Below, one piece after another: positions 51,238-64,000 of a DNA stretch of 64,000 bases (the first letter of the stretch is position 1; each line of letters opens with the position of its first letter). The position numbers were made by a program, and so were the translations under genes. Below the pieces are notes generated by a model. It did not search any database. It was not told the origin of the DNA and saw nothing but the letters and a program-made list of their open reading frames with translations. The DNA comes from Chiloscyllium plagiosum (lineage: Eukaryota): contig NC_057718.1 in NCBI RefSeq assembly GCF_004010195.1, forward strand, positions 66,535,351-66,599,350. Direction: 5' to 3'.

Positions 51238-54189
51238 GTAACTTGAATACTGCCTTTCAGTATGTAAGATCACCTTCCAGAAGGGTTTTAAATATGACTT
51301 CTTATGGACTTAACTTTTCCTATGCTGTACAATGTTATTATCTTCAAAGAGTTGTATGAGTCTGTTATAACAATATCTCTTATCCACCACTTATCCATCG
51401 TTAAAAGTTTGGGAGTTAACCACTCACTAATCTATGGAACCATTAGTCCAGAGTTTCCGATAGCCAGGCATTCGTTATTCCAATATAATGTGAGCTGTGC
51501 ACAAGGCCCTGCAGAGTCCTCATTGTACCAGACTCTGGAAAAAATTGCCCTAGAAATTGAAAATTATCCTTTATGCCTGGAGCTCCCAATGTCTTCATTT
51601 AAATCAGAGAATTTGAAGGGTTCTGATGGAATTGAGTAAATAATTACTGAGGAAAAAGTTAGATTGTTAATTCCATGGTCTAACCTAGTTCCATGGTCCA
51701 TGTGTAACTATTCAACTGGCCCTACACTTTCTCAGACTGTAACCAGAACCACCCACCAGCAGATATCCCATGGTGCCAGACACACTCCCTGTTTTCCCTC
51801 AGCTAGAGATGGGTCTCATTCCATACTCCGTCCTTCAGTGCTGTTGGACACACACACACTCCCTATTTTCTGGTTCTGCCCTCTCTACCTCCTTCCCCCC
51901 CCCCTGCCCTATGCTGGAGTTGCATCCACTTTCCCAGCTCCACAGTTGACCATCACGCCCCAATGTCTTACACCCTAACCATCTGGCTTTCTATCCCTTA
52001 TTCCCTGCCCAGATTGCAACCTACTTAACTGGGAACTTGTCCAACCTACTCCTACCCCTGGTCTGACCGGCACCCTACTACCTCTAAAACTAACTGATTG
52101 ATTGCTTTCCTGCTAGTGGGGTTCCTAAATGGTATCAATTGTTATTTTTTCACATATATATTTTCCAAGTGTTCAGTCCCTTCCACTCCTTGTCCGAACT
52201 TCTGATTTACTACTCTGCTTATTGCCATGACCTATTTATATTTTTGTTGCTTGCCAAGTATTCTGCCTTTTGCACTTCAGATTTTCACTGGCTTTTCAAG
52301 CTTAAGTATGCTGTGAAGTCTGCTTCTCTTTTTAGGATTTCCCCCACTTGATCACTGGTCTGCCCTCATAGATCACACTTTATCCATGTACTGTCGTTGG
52401 GCTTCAGGATCATCTTATCACTAGTCTCTAGTCCTGTGGGTCTGGTTACCACTGCTATTATTTGAAATTTGAGGTCTGCATTCTTGAGTTAACAGCTTTC
52501 CAGAAGGAGACTGAAGTGTTGAGCAACATCATTATTACTTGAGGTGTCTGCTTTGCAGATAGCAAGATTAGACATAGCTGAATCCCTGCCTAATGGACAA
52601 TGATGTCATGTGATCTGACTTTTAAAGTGACAGTCCACCAAACTTGCATATATACATAGTACAATCATTTACAAAGCATTTAGGGTATAGGTTTGATATC
52701 CAAAGCATGCTAAGGGAGGACATACTGCTGAAGACTGAGGCTTAAGTCCAATATGGTCTACAAGCAGATGACATCGCTGCTTTCACACAAGATCAGTAGC
52801 TATTCTTAAAATGAAGAAAACTTTACCCGAACCCATAGGGAACTTTTTTTTGTGCTGAAAGTAAGCTGAACGTTGTGTTCTGGGAGAAGTATCAGTAATG
52901 TGGTGTGAAGGTGAAATTCATAGGGAATGTAGTTTTCAATGTTGCATCAAAACTAGCATTAAGGTTTGCATTCTGGATTTTATTAGACTTGATCTATCCT
53001 GTGAGAATAATTATTGGGCTAAATTGTAATGGAAATGTAATTGTGTTAATAGAATACACCACTACTAATATGCAAATCAGTCATCAGCTCTCCGGATTTG
53101 AAATAAGAACCTACAGTTGTTGTCCCCCTGCCTCTGGTTTCTTAACTCATCTTGATCTTTTCATTGAGAACTGTCAGTATGACATTGCCTGGCTTAAATT
53201 CTCTGCTCTCTACTAACTAGTCTTCCTCTGAACCTGCTAACTCTATACCATTAAGTCCAACCGTAACATTGTTTGTCTGCAGGTCTGATAACATACTGCT
53301 GTTCTTGTCTGGTGTATTGATACCTTGCAGAGGTGGAGTGCTAAGTCTCCGAAATTTGTTTCTTTTCTCCTAGACTTTGGTGATAGAGCCAAACATCAAG
53401 CCATTGTTTCCTAGACTATCATTGACCCCATCTTCCTTTGGAGATGTTCCCTTCATGGTTACTGACCTCTTAGTCCACTAACCCTGTTCAGCCTAATTCT
53501 ACCTTATTCCAAAAATGCATAATAATAGGGCTGTCATTTTTAGCTGTTGTTGTCCTACTGAACTGACTTTTTTTCTTCCTTTTCTTCCCTTGTCGACTCT
53601 TTCTATCTTGCATGTGCAATTATTTGATGCCATACATTTCACTAACTTTCAGTTTCTTGGCCATGGCCATTTTCACTTGTCTCTCTGGGTTTTCTGCTTC
53701 ATTCTTGAAAATTGGCCAAATCAGTCACCATCCAACGCTGATCCATCTCTGCCTGATCATGTTCTCTCCAAGAAAATTTTCTCCTTTAAATTGACTCACT
53801 TTCTCCAAAAATAAAGTGCTTTTCCCTAGTGATATTTTTGTTTCTTTGCGAGATTCAGACAAGTCTTTATTCCAATCCTACTCAAGCTATCTCCCCTAGA
53901 TCTTTTTTGCCTAGTATATTGATGACTGCTCTCACTGGATCTGAAAATTGTATCAACTTAGCTTCTAATTTCCACTCATGTCCCATCATCATTTTCAGCA
54001 CTTGCTTCATTTCTTTGGCTCCATTGTCTATTAATTAAAAAGCCACTGACTTCTCCAGTTAGTTCAACTATATTTCTTTATAGCTTGCCTCCTGTAAACT
54101 TTCAGTCTCCCAGTTTCTTCTTTTCTACCATGTGAATTTGTGCATTATCAAAATAGACAAGTTTTCTGTGTCATCTTCTCTCTCCACTG

Positions 54190-55212
54190 AAGACACTAAT
54201 CTAATTAATCATCCAACTCAGTACCCTGTTCACACTTTCTTCCCATACCTGTTAATCCCTTTAGCACTAAGAACTATAATTCCTTCTTGAAAATATTCAA
54301 TGTTTTAGCCTCAAACATTCTTTGTGGCAGAGAATTCCACAGGCTCACCACTCTCTGGGTGAATTTCTTCTCATCACGGTCCTAAATGGCCTACCCCATA
54401 TCCTTAAACTGTGAACTCCCCAGTCATAGAGATGTACAGCATGGAAACAGACCCTTCGGTCCAACCCGTCCATGCTGACCAGATATCCCAACTCAATCTA
54501 GTCCCACCTGCCAGCACCCAGCTCATATCCCTCCAAACCCATCCAGATGCCTCTTAAATGTTGCAATTGTAACAGCTTCCACGACTTCCTCTGGCAGCTC
54601 ATTCCATACACGTACCACCCTGTGTGTGAAAAAGTTGCCCCGTAGGTCTCTTTTATGTCTTTTCCCTCTCACCCTAAACCTATGCCCTCTAGTTCTAGAC
54701 TCCCCGACCCGAGGGAAAAGACTTTGCCTGTTTACCCTATCCATGCCCCTCATAATTTTGTAAACCTTTATAAGGTCACCCCTCCCTCAGCCTCCAACGC
54801 TCCAGGCATTGGGACCATTCTTCCTGTGTTTACCCTGTCCAATAAGTAGCACCCTAAAGGCTGGGACATTTTTCTTTGGAACAAAGGAGGTTGAGAGGTA
54901 TGAATAGAGTTGATGGTAGTTATCTTTTCCCTGAGATGCGGAATTTCAAGACTAGAGACCACATTTTTAAGGTGAGAGCTGAAAGGTTTAGAAAAGACAT
55001 GAGGCAAATTTTTTACAGAGGGTGGTTCAAGTGTGGAATGAACTTCCTGAGGAAGTGGTGGATGCAGGTACAAGTTGCACTGTTTGAGACATTTGGATGG
55101 ATATGGGCCAGGAGTAGGCAGATGGGACTAGTTTAGTTTGGGATTATGGTTGGCATGAACAGGTTAGACGGAAGGGGTCTGTTTCTGTGCTATGTAACTC
55201 TGACTATGATAG
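54190..55212. mobile_element. cluster of CR1 3' fragments (minus about 54190-54805; plus about 54865-55212)
   Basis: MRGMDRV..SRTRGH..NFFTHRVVRVWNELP; EQRRLRG. Confidence 0.85.
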
Positions 55213-55214
55213 TT

Positions 55215-56115
55215 ACAGGATGCTTGCCTTTATCAGTCATAGTTAAAAATCTCACAACACCAAGTTATAGTCCCACAGGTTTGTTTGGAAGTACTAGCTT
55301 TCGGAGTGCTGCTCCTTCAGGTAGCTGTGGAGCAGGATCATAAGACACAGAATTTATAGCAAAAGATTACAATGTCATGCAACTGAAATGATATATTGAA
55401 CAGTAATCGTTTGCTATAAATTCTGTCTTATGATCCTGCACCACATCTACCTGATGAAGAAGCAGCACTCCAAAAGCTAGGACTTCCAAATAAACCTGTT
55501 GGACTATAACCTGGTGTTGTGATTTATAATTTTGTCCATGACAATCCAATACTGGTACCTCTGCATCATGTTTATCAGTCATGGCATAAATTAAGTATGA
55601 GAGGTCATGTTGCACCTGTATACAACTCTGGTTAGGCCACAACTGGAATATTATGTGCCATTCTGGTTATTACGCTCCAGGAAGGATGTGATGGAGGGAG
55701 TGCAAATGATGATGCCTGGATTGTAGCATTTCCGCTACAAAGAGACACTGAATAAGCTTTGGAGCAGAGTAGTTACAGATCTGTAAAATGAAGGGCATCA
55801 CCAAGGTGAGGAGAAAGCAGCTGCTACCCTTACGCATAGTGTATAATCATAAGGGAATATAATTTGAGTGAAAGGTAGGTGGTTTACTGGAGATTTGGGA
55901 GAAAAAAAGTATTCATGCAATGTAGTGATTGTCTGGAATGCACTACATGGGAGGATAGTTAGATGGGAAACCTCTATCTTTTAAAAAATACTTGGATGAG
56001 CACTTGAAATGTCATAATATTCAAGGCTATGGCCCTAGTGCAAATAAGTGGGTAGCACAGGTAGTAATATATTTTTGAGGCTGAAGGGCCTCTTCTGTAC
56101 TATATTATTCTGATA
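55215..56115 (+). mobile_element. old CR1 3' fragment hosting the palindromic PLE insertion
   Basis: GMLAFISH before the insert and VMLHLYTTLVRPQLEY after it. Confidence 0.75.
55241..55570. mobile_element. 330-bp palindromic PLE-terminal insertion (second family), 12-bp TSD
   Basis: tttatcagtcat at 55229-55240 and 55571-55582; inverted arms about 55241-55370 and 55403-55535; two decayed hammerheads. Confidence 0.85.
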
Positions 56116-56156
56116 TTTTGTATATATTTATGTAACAGAAATTATTTTATTTCCAG

Positions 56157-56314
56157 TGATCCCGAGAGTAAAACAAACATAATTAAAGTGATACGTTCAA
56201 TTCTGAGAGAGAATGTTCGCCGCAATATGACCAAGTCAGAAGTGCCATTTGAGAAACTGAATAAAGATCATATAACTCCTCTGAGAAACAGAGTGCCATC
56301 CTCTGCTAAAATTG
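56157..56314 (+). CDS. TIAM2: TIAM2 coding exon (PH end)
   Basis: tttccag|T GAT...ATT G|gtaaga; SDPESKTNIIKVIRSILRENVRRNMTKSEVPFEKLNKDHITPLRNRVPSSAKI; 158 bp. Confidence 0.95.
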
Positions 56315-56744
56315 GTAAGAAAACCAGTGCTTAGATTTCACTGTCACAAAAGCTAAATTCATTTGGAATTATGTAATCTAATTTTTCTTCGATCAATATT
56401 TTATTTATAAATGTCATTTAATAGATTGTCAAGGCTTTATATGTGAGAGAATGACATCTGTTTGTAGGATGGTATATTCAATTAACTTTTAATCATCTTT
56501 CTAGCTTTTCTTGATCCTCCTTGTCCTAATTCATTTTATCCTGTCATCTCCCTTCAAAATAGGGACTGAGTTTGCACATTAGTAATTTATACTCTGTAAT
56601 AAAACCAGTTTTTAAAAAAAGTGCAGGATGAAACCCTGGAAGAATTTCACATGAACCCCAAGTTATATGCAGACTTAAAACAAATTACAAACTAGATTGT
56701 AATAGTTAAAACTGTTTAATATTGTGATTTGTTCTTTTCTTCAG

Positions 56745-57367
56745 CATCAACACGAGCATCAAAGTTGTTCAAACATTCTCCATCTTATTGGAGTCAGGAC
56801 TCTGGGAGGAGTAATGCTGTTGATTCTGACGAATGTAGCCTGAGCAGTGGAACACACAGCAGTGGCTGCCATACCTCGGAGAGTGGACTGGAGCACAGTA
56901 GTCTTTCGTATCCAAAGCAAGAACACAGTAGTGCAGAGGAACAACAGGAAGATGAAGTAAAAGAATCAGACATTTTGAGTGATGCTGAAGATTGCTGCAA
57001 ATCAAAGGATGAGACTTTGGCAAATGAAATCAAAGAACAATTTGAAAAATTGCAAATTGATGTTGATAAAGTGGATGTAGAGCAGGCATCAAACAATAAC
57101 CATCTGGATACAGAAGAGGTGGAACAAACAGATGGTCACCCCAGGCTTGTGCGAGGCCACTTCTGTCCAATCAAAAGAAAAAGTACCAGTACAAAGAAAA
57201 AAAAAGGAAGTCTGTTGCCCATGCACAAGCACAACCGATCTCTAGATAGTCAATCTGATGGGCCAAATGTTGACTTGAATTCTGTTTTGGAGAGAGAGTT
57301 TAGTGTCCAGAGCCTAACTTCTGTAGTTAATGAAGACTGCTTCTATGAAAACATTGAAAGTAACTGA
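56745..57367 (+). CDS. TIAM2: TIAM2 last coding exon (C-terminal tail)
   Basis: ttcttcag|CA TCA...TGA; TIAM2-type motifs KESDILSD, PRLVRGHFCPIKRK and DLNSVLEREFSVQSLTSVVNEDCFYE; within ORF 56729..57367. Confidence 0.97.
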
Positions 57368-58162
57368 GAGCCTTAGACTCAGCATCTCAAATGAGTGCTG
57401 CTGTGCATACAATGATCAGGAATTGTAGTTAGTTTATTGTCTTGTCTTTATTTTAAATCTCCAAGTTATACTGTTCTGGTCAGTTTTCAATTTTTGGAAG
57501 TAAATATTAAGTTTTCTAAAGAAAAGGAATGTTTAGTTTGCCTTACTGCTGTCTACACTAAGACCACAGCCTCAAAAATATAGACTTAATACTTGTTTTC
57601 GTTAAAGAAAATAATTAGCATATTAGCCAATAGTTTCAGTTGTGTCAAATAAAATTGTTTAGTTTCTACAATACACTAATTTTGTATTGGAATTAAGGCA
57701 GGTATTGAACAGCTAAAGTAATATTTTCAGGAAAGGTTAAATTGCTTATTTTAATAAGCTATAAATCTTAATTTTATTTATGGATGGAAAATATTGGTTT
57801 ACATTATAGCATCAAGATAATGGAATTTATTCCATTGTGTCTGGTTTGAGTTTTTAGAAAGCAAAGTATGGCACTGTTTTCTTTTATCTGTTTGCCAAGA
57901 TAAACCTCTGGTGCCCTGACACACACACTCTACATATTTAACAGTTTTCAGCACTACAGCTTTTGTAGGGGCTGCAGTAATGCATGTGCCTCTTCATGCT
58001 CACATTCTTAAGGTGTCTTTTCGCTTTGTACATAAACTTTGGAGATTGTGTATATTGTAATTTTATGAAAACTGCATTGTAAAACTAGTTTTAACTGGTT
58101 ATATTTTGTATCCTTTTGAATGACTACTTGACATCACAGGCTGAAAAAAATGTTGGACGTGA

Positions 58163-58168
58163 AATAAA
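58163..58168 (+). terminator. candidate TIAM2 polyadenylation signal (alternative AATAAA at 57648-57653)
   Basis: AATAAA about 800 bp after the stop, followed by GT-rich sequence (tcgttgt...tgtctgctgttct). Confidence 0.5.
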
Positions 58169-58557
58169 TATGCTCGTTGTATTCCAGATGTCTGCTGTTC
58201 TATTGATGAAATTAAGAAAGTTGTCATATTGTTGCCAAAGTATCTTGCCTCAAAGGGCTAAGTCTAATCAAATTTAGAATATTTATATAAGTTTGATTAA
58301 CTGAAGGATATTTTGGGAACAAATCCTACTTCACACAATATATTAGAATTTTTTAAAAAAATTTAGAGTTATTCTGAAATAGAAGAATGTATATTCCCTA
58401 ATTTTGCTTGTGCTGATTGGAGGCTTGGGTAAATTGAGTGATTCCATAATGGTTGCTCTCAGAAGTGGCTGATGACACCTTGGAGGAAAATGTAAGATTT
58501 GATTTTTATTTTAAATCACAAAATATCCATCATAGGATTACATGTGTAATTCACTTC

Positions 58558-58720
58558 AGCAACAACTTGCATTTATGTAGTGTCTTTAATAAAATATCCA
58601 ATGCTGTTTTATAGATATTATAAAGAAAACCTGACACTGAGGTATATCAGAGATATCAAAAAGATTGGTGGAAAAGACAGCTTGGTCTTTGGAGGAAAAT
58701 TGGGTAAGGAGATTCTAGAA
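58558..58720 (-). mobile_element. L2-type 3' end
   Basis: caacaacttgcatttatgtagtgtcttt...ctgacactgag. Confidence 0.55.
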
Positions 58721-58914
58721 CAGAGTATATGTGTGAGAGGCCAGAGTTACAAGATAGAGAAGGGGACCCACCAGACTAACTTAACCCTCATTTTTAAAAT
58801 TTTGAAATTGTCACAAACCTGGAGCTAGGGTAGGTCAGTGAGCACAGGGATAGTGAAGAAAAGGCATTTGTCACAAGCTTTGCCACTGCTATCCTATCTT
58901 AAGTTTATAGAAAT

Positions 58915-58992
58915 GCTGTATGCTTACCTTTGGGCAAGGCGGCCAAGGTTCAAATCCCACCTGCTCCAGAGGTGCAATACCATCTCTGAATT
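58915..58992 (+). mobile_element. tRNA-derived SINE head fragment
   Basis: B-box GGTTCAAATCC followed by cacctgctccagaggtg. Confidence 0.45.
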
Positions 58993-59719
58993 TTTCTTGC
59001 TAATGAAGCTGTTCAATGAATTTTTGAGAGCACTGTAGAGATCAAATATGCTATCCATCAGTGCCATTATGATGCAATCAGTATGCTGAATTGAGCTTGT
59101 GAGATAAACAGCTGTAATTAAACTTGCTCTTTGGTCAATTGATGCATCAATATGCTATCTGTATAATCCAAACTCTGGAGATTTTCAAAGCTAGTTTAAC
59201 CTCAAGGTTCAGTAGAGGGAGGCGAAGAAAAGAAATTAATGTAATTTGGTACAAGTGAGCATACCAATCTCTACAATCCTTACTGCACAATCTGTTGTAA
59301 ACTCAACCACGTATCATAATATCTTAGGAATGTATCCAATACTATTTGTCTTTGCCCTCAGCCACTCATCCCACCTCAACTAGCTATCTTGAATATTTCC
59401 TGAACACTGGTCCATGCTTTTGAACTCGAAATTTTAACAGCTTCTTCTCAGGTACTGATATCTGTCTGGGAAGCTACAGCCATAAACCCATATTTATAAA
59501 AACTATTGGTCAATGTATTAACATAAGTACAAAATGAACGCAGTTTGAAATCACCAACATAATTTACCTCATTATTCAGCCTCAGAGCTTTTCTGCTATA
59601 TTGCCCATGAATACACTGGATAAAACAGTGCAGTCCCTAAAAATCAGCTTTCAATTCCTTCTATTGCAAATGCATAGTGCTTTGCCCAAGTTAGATGTAA
59701 ACCATTCTAATGGAAGCAT

Positions 59720-59768
59720 TTTATTTGAGATGATATATTATAAAGCAGATCTTAAGAGCATTTTTATT
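59720..59768 (-). terminator. candidate TFB1M polyadenylation signals
   Basis: tttatt on + (AATAAA on -) at 59763-59768 and 59720-59725; another at 58505-58510. Confidence 0.3.
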
Positions 59769-59836
59769 GAATGTCAATTTGATATAGCCTTAGTAACTAA
59801 TACAAATATCCAGATTTTCGAAGTTTTAACCTTCGC

Positions 59837-60148
<312 letters not shown>

Positions 60149-60302
60149 TTAAAACTAAAAGTGAATGCTTGGTAATGTAATTATGAGAGTTGAACAGTCC
60201 TTGTCGGCCAGATTGAAGCGTCAACTCTGCTCATTTTAGCCAACCTGGTGCTTATCTGTGGGAATCAAGTAGGATGCATCTATTGGAACAGAATGTTTTT
60301 AC

Positions 60303-61697
60303 AAGATGGTGGTGCCACTATTTAAGAAGGGTGGTAAGGACAAGCCAGGGAACTACAGACCACTGAGTCTGATGTCGATGGTGGGCAAGTTGTTGGAGGG
60401 AATCCTGAGGGACAGGATGCATGTATTTGGAAAGGCAAGGATTGATTAGGAATAGTCAACATGGTTTTGTGTGGGGGAAGTAAAGACTCAAACTTTGTTA
60501 CTTCTTCAAAAAAACCTAATCAAGAGGATTGATGAGGGCAGAGTGGTAGATGTGATCTATATGGACTTCAGTAAGGCATTTGCCAAGGTTCCCCATGGGA
60601 GACTGATTAGCAAGGTTTGACCTCCTGGAATACAGGGAGAACTAGCCATTTAGACACAGAACTGGCTTGAAAGTAGAAGACAGAGGGTAGTGATGGAGGA
60701 TTGTTTTTCAGATTGGAGGCCTGTGACCAGTGGAGTGACATAAGGATCTGTGCTGGGTACACTACTTTTCATCATTTATATAAATGATTTGGATGTGAGC
60801 ATAAGAGGTATAGCTAGTACATTTGCAGATGACGTCAAAATTGGAAGTGTAATGGACAGCGAAGAAAGTTACCTCTGGTTACAATGGGATCTTGATCAGA
60901 TGGGCCAATAGGCTGAGGAGTGGGAAAGGAAATCATAGCAGGACCTATATACTTAATGGTAAGGTCCTAGGAAGTGTTGCTGAACAAAGAGACCTTGAAT
61001 TGCAGGTTCACAGCTCCTTGAAAGTAGAGTCACAGGTAGATAGATAGGATAGTGAAGGCGGTGTTTGGTATACTTTCCTTTATTGGTCAGAGTGTTGAGT
61101 ACAGGAAGTGGGAGGTCATGTTGTGGCTGTACAGGACACTGGTTAGGCCACGTTTGGACTAATTGCATGCAATTCCGGTCTGTTTTCTATTGGAAAGACG
61201 TTGTGAAACTTGAAAGGGTTCAGAAAAGATTTACAAGGATGTTACCAGGATTGGAGGACTTGAGCTACAGGGAGAGGTCGAATAGGCTGGGGCTGTTTTC
61301 CCCAGAGTGTCCAAGGCTGAGGGGTGACTTTATAGAGGTTTATAAAATCATGAGGGGCTTGGATAGGATAAATAAACAAGGTCTTTTTCCTGGGTGGGGG
61401 AGTCCTAAAGTAGAGGGCAAAGGTTTAGGATGAGAGGGCAAAGATACAAAAGAGACCTAAGGGGCAACGTTTTCATGGAGAGGGTGGTATGTGTATGGAA
61501 TGAGCTGCCAGAGGAAATGGTGGAGGCTGGTACAATTGCAACATTTAAAAGGCATCTAGATGGCTTTATGAATAGGAAGGGTTTGGAGGGATATGGGCCA
61601 GCTGCTGGCAAATGGGACTAGATTTGGTTGGGATATCTGGTCGGCATTGACGATTTGGGTCTGTTTCCGTGCTGTATATCTCTATGACTTTATGAGA
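60303..61697 (+). mobile_element. CR1 (HER1-like) RT-to-3' end in the last TFB1M intron
   Basis: PLFKKG..PGNYRP, DVIYMDFSKAF, FADDVK and LERVQKRFTRMLPG; tail tctctatgactttatga. Confidence 0.93.
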
Positions 61698-62106
61698 GAC
61701 TCCTTCTTGATGAGCGACCATAATATGACAATTCTTCATCAAAATGCAAAGTAAGGTAGATGATTCTAAGAATAGGGTCCTGAATCGTAATAAGGGAAAC
61801 TATGATGGTATGAAATGAGAGTTTGTTCTGATGGATTGGGAAATGTTATTAAAAAGAATGACAGTGGATAGACAATGGCAAACCTTCAAAGAGCAAACAC
61901 AAAAAAGTTTATTCCTATTGGGCACGAGTCGAAAGACAACATGGTTTACAAGGGAAGTTAGAGATAATTTGCTGTAAAAAGAAAGCATACAAATTGGCAA
62001 GAAAAATAAGCCCAAAGGAATAGGAACAGTTCCAAAACTCCGCAAAGGAGGTTCAAGAGATTGATTAAAGAGGGGAAAATAGAGTACAAGGATAAGCTTG
62101 CAAGGA

Positions 62107-62304
62107 GCTGAAAATGTGTTGCTGGAAAAGCGCAGCAGGTCAGGCAGCATCCAAGGAACAGGAGAATCGACGATTCGGGCATAAGCCCTTCCTGAAGAAG
62201 GGCTTATGCCCGAAATGTCGATTCTCCTGTTCCTTGGATGCTGCCTGACCTGCTGCGCATTTTCAGCTTTGATCTCCAGCATCTGCAGCCCTCACTTTCT
62301 CCTC
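62107..62304. mobile_element. 198-bp palindromic PLE-terminal insertion, 14-bp TSD, hammerhead core at its centre
   Basis: taagcttgcaagga at 62093-62106 and 62305-62318; CTGAAGA at 62192-62198, GGGC-ttat-GCCC, GAAA at 62212-62215, GTC. Confidence 0.92.
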
Positions 62305-62544
62305 TAAGCTTGCAAGGAACATACGACTTGAGTAAAAACATTCCTGTTGATATGTAAAGAGAAAAAGATGGGAAACTAATATGGGGGATTTACATTCAGA
62401 AATGGGGGATTTAATAATAAAAGGGGGAATGAAGAAATGGCTAACAAACTAAATTTGTACTTCTATCTTCACAAAGGAAGACATGAATAATGTACCATAA
62501 ATGTTAGGGAACACAACTTAGCTGAGGGGGAGGAACTGAAGCAA

Positions 62545-62670
62545 CTAGGAGAAAGTGAGGACTGCAGATGCTGAAGATCAGAGCTTAAAAAGAAGGGCTT
62601 ATGCCCGAAACGTCGATTCTCCTTCTTGGATGCTGCCTGACCTGCTGCGCTTTTCCAGCAACACATTTTT
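62545..62670. mobile_element. 126-bp inverted PLE-terminal insertion, 14-bp TSD
   Basis: aggaactgaagcaa at 62531-62544 and 62671-62684. Confidence 0.92.
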
Positions 62671-62919
62671 AGGAACTGAAGCAAATCTATATTACAGAAA
62701 TGACATTGGAGAATTTGATGGGATTGAAGGCTAATGAATTCCCAGGGCCTGATAATCTACATCTCAGAGTATTTAAGTGGCCCTAGAAATAGTGGATGCA
62801 TCGGTAGTCAACTTCCAAAATTCTTGACTCAAACAGTTCCTGCAGATTAGACCTTAAGACACAAGAGCAAAAATTAGGCCATTTGACCCATCAAATCTGC
62901 TCTACCACGCAATCATAGT

Positions 62920-64000
62920 TACTGACAAAAGTACTTTGGATCCAGCCTCCGTGTAAGTAAGCAGGAGGCAGGAAGAACACAGCAAGCCAGGCAACATCAG
63001 AAGGTGGAGAAGTCAACTTGTCAGGTATAACTCTTCTCCAGGAATGGAGGTGGGGGTAGGGGGAGCTGCAGATAAGCGGGGAGGAGGGGACATACTGACA
63101 GATGAATACAGGTGGTTGTTAGGAGGAATGAATCCTGTTGGTAGCTGGTGGAAAGGGTCGGTTGGAGGGATGGGAGGCAGGCCTGGGAAGGGAGTTGGGG
63201 GATGGGTGGGAAGATCACTTGAAATTGGAAAACTAAATGTTGAGTCAGAGTCATAGAGTCCTAAGCACGGAGAAAGGCCCTTCGGCCCTAACTGGTCCAT
63301 GGCGATCAACATGTCTACCCATGTTATCCCAGTTTCCCGGCACTTGGGCCCATATCCTTCTAAATGTTTCCTATCCACTTAAAAGGCATTTGGACAAATA
63401 AATGTTGTTAATGTACCCGCCTCAACCACTTCTGCTGGCAGCTCATTGTATGTACATACTATCCTCTGTATAAAAAAAGTTGCTCCTCAGGTTCACTTTT
63501 ATTCTTTCCTTTCTAACCTTAAACTGAGTCCCTGTAGTCCTCGATTACTCAACCCTGTGAAAACATCCTCTGTATTGTAGGCTGCCTAGGCGCAAGATGA
63601 GGAGTCATTCCTCCGATTTGCAGTCTGATTCACTGTGGCAATGAAGGAGACCAAGGATGGACATGTCAGAGAGGGTGTGGGAATAGGAATTGAAACAGGC
63701 AGTGACCGGGAGGTCAGGCTGGCCCTTAGCAGGCCTGGCTGAGATGCTCGGCGAAACATGCACTTAGTTTACGTTTGGTCGAACCAATACAGAGAAGATC
63801 ACATGAGGAGCACTGGATACAGTAATCTAGGGTGGAAGAGAGGCAAGTGAACTGCTTCACCTGAAAGGACTATTTGGGGCACTGGCTATAAGTGAGGGAG
63901 GTGATGTGGCATTGGAAGGTGCCAGGGAATGTGTGTGTGTGTGTGTGTTGGTTGGTGGGAGGGTGAAACAAACCAAGGAGTGGTGAAGGGAATGCTCCTT
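62920..64000 (-). mobile_element. decayed PLE (pLTR and GIY-YIG) interrupted by a CR1 3' end at about 63248-63562
   Basis: minus strand LDYCIQCSSCDLLCIGSTKRKLSACFAEHL (GIY-YIG-like); pLTR ttcctggagaagagttatacctgacaagttgact...tgatgttgcctggcttgctgtg. Confidence 0.75.
63930..63948. repeat. (TG)n microsatellite
   Basis: direct reading. Confidence 0.85.

Larger units (their letters stand above)
61700..62850 (+). mobile_element. older CR1 ORF2 fragment hosting two PLE mini-insertions
   Basis: SDHNM; QWQTFK; LMGLKANEFPGPDNLHLRV. Confidence 0.75.

Noticed and set aside
51304..54038. Several 70-110 aa ORFs in the intron
   Set aside because: No domain motifs, mostly non-ATG starts, and lengths expected by chance
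56759..57096. Antisense ORFs over the TIAM2 last exon
   Set aside because: Shadow frames with no recognisable motif or splice support
1011..57367. Assignment as TIAM1 rather than TIAM2
   Set aside because: LARHLSDA, MESLFGSLPEML, the LVRGHFCPIKRK and FSVQSLTSVV tail motifs, and the adjacent TFB1M all fit TIAM2

Overview
Eukaryotic, AT-rich, repeat-dense vertebrate DNA. The HE1/V-type SINE, HER1-like CR1 LINEs and Neptune-type Penelope elements point to a cartilaginous fish, probably a shark (inference). The + strand carries the last 12 coding exons of TIAM2 (1011-57367; DH, PH and C-terminal tail). All introns are GT-AG, the phases join correctly, and the spliced frame is 641 aa plus stop. 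The - strand carries the last coding exon of TFB1M (59837-60071), tail-to-tail with TIAM2 as in mammals. Introns hold nested CR1 and L2 LINE fragments, one 5'-intact decayed L1, three or four solo LTRs, SINEs and many Penelope-like element (PLE) remnants. Best leads: (i) short inverted PLE-terminal insertions with 12-15 bp target-site duplications (TSDs) that carry minimal hammerhead ribozyme motifs, three of which break at the same point in the ribozyme core; (ii) an L1 whose empty target site survives as a nearby local duplicate; (iii) a conserved, strong-Kozak Met matching the start of the human short isoform TIAM2S. Exon and TSD coordinates were counted by hand. Boundaries of old repeats are approximate, and family names come from recognition, not database searches.
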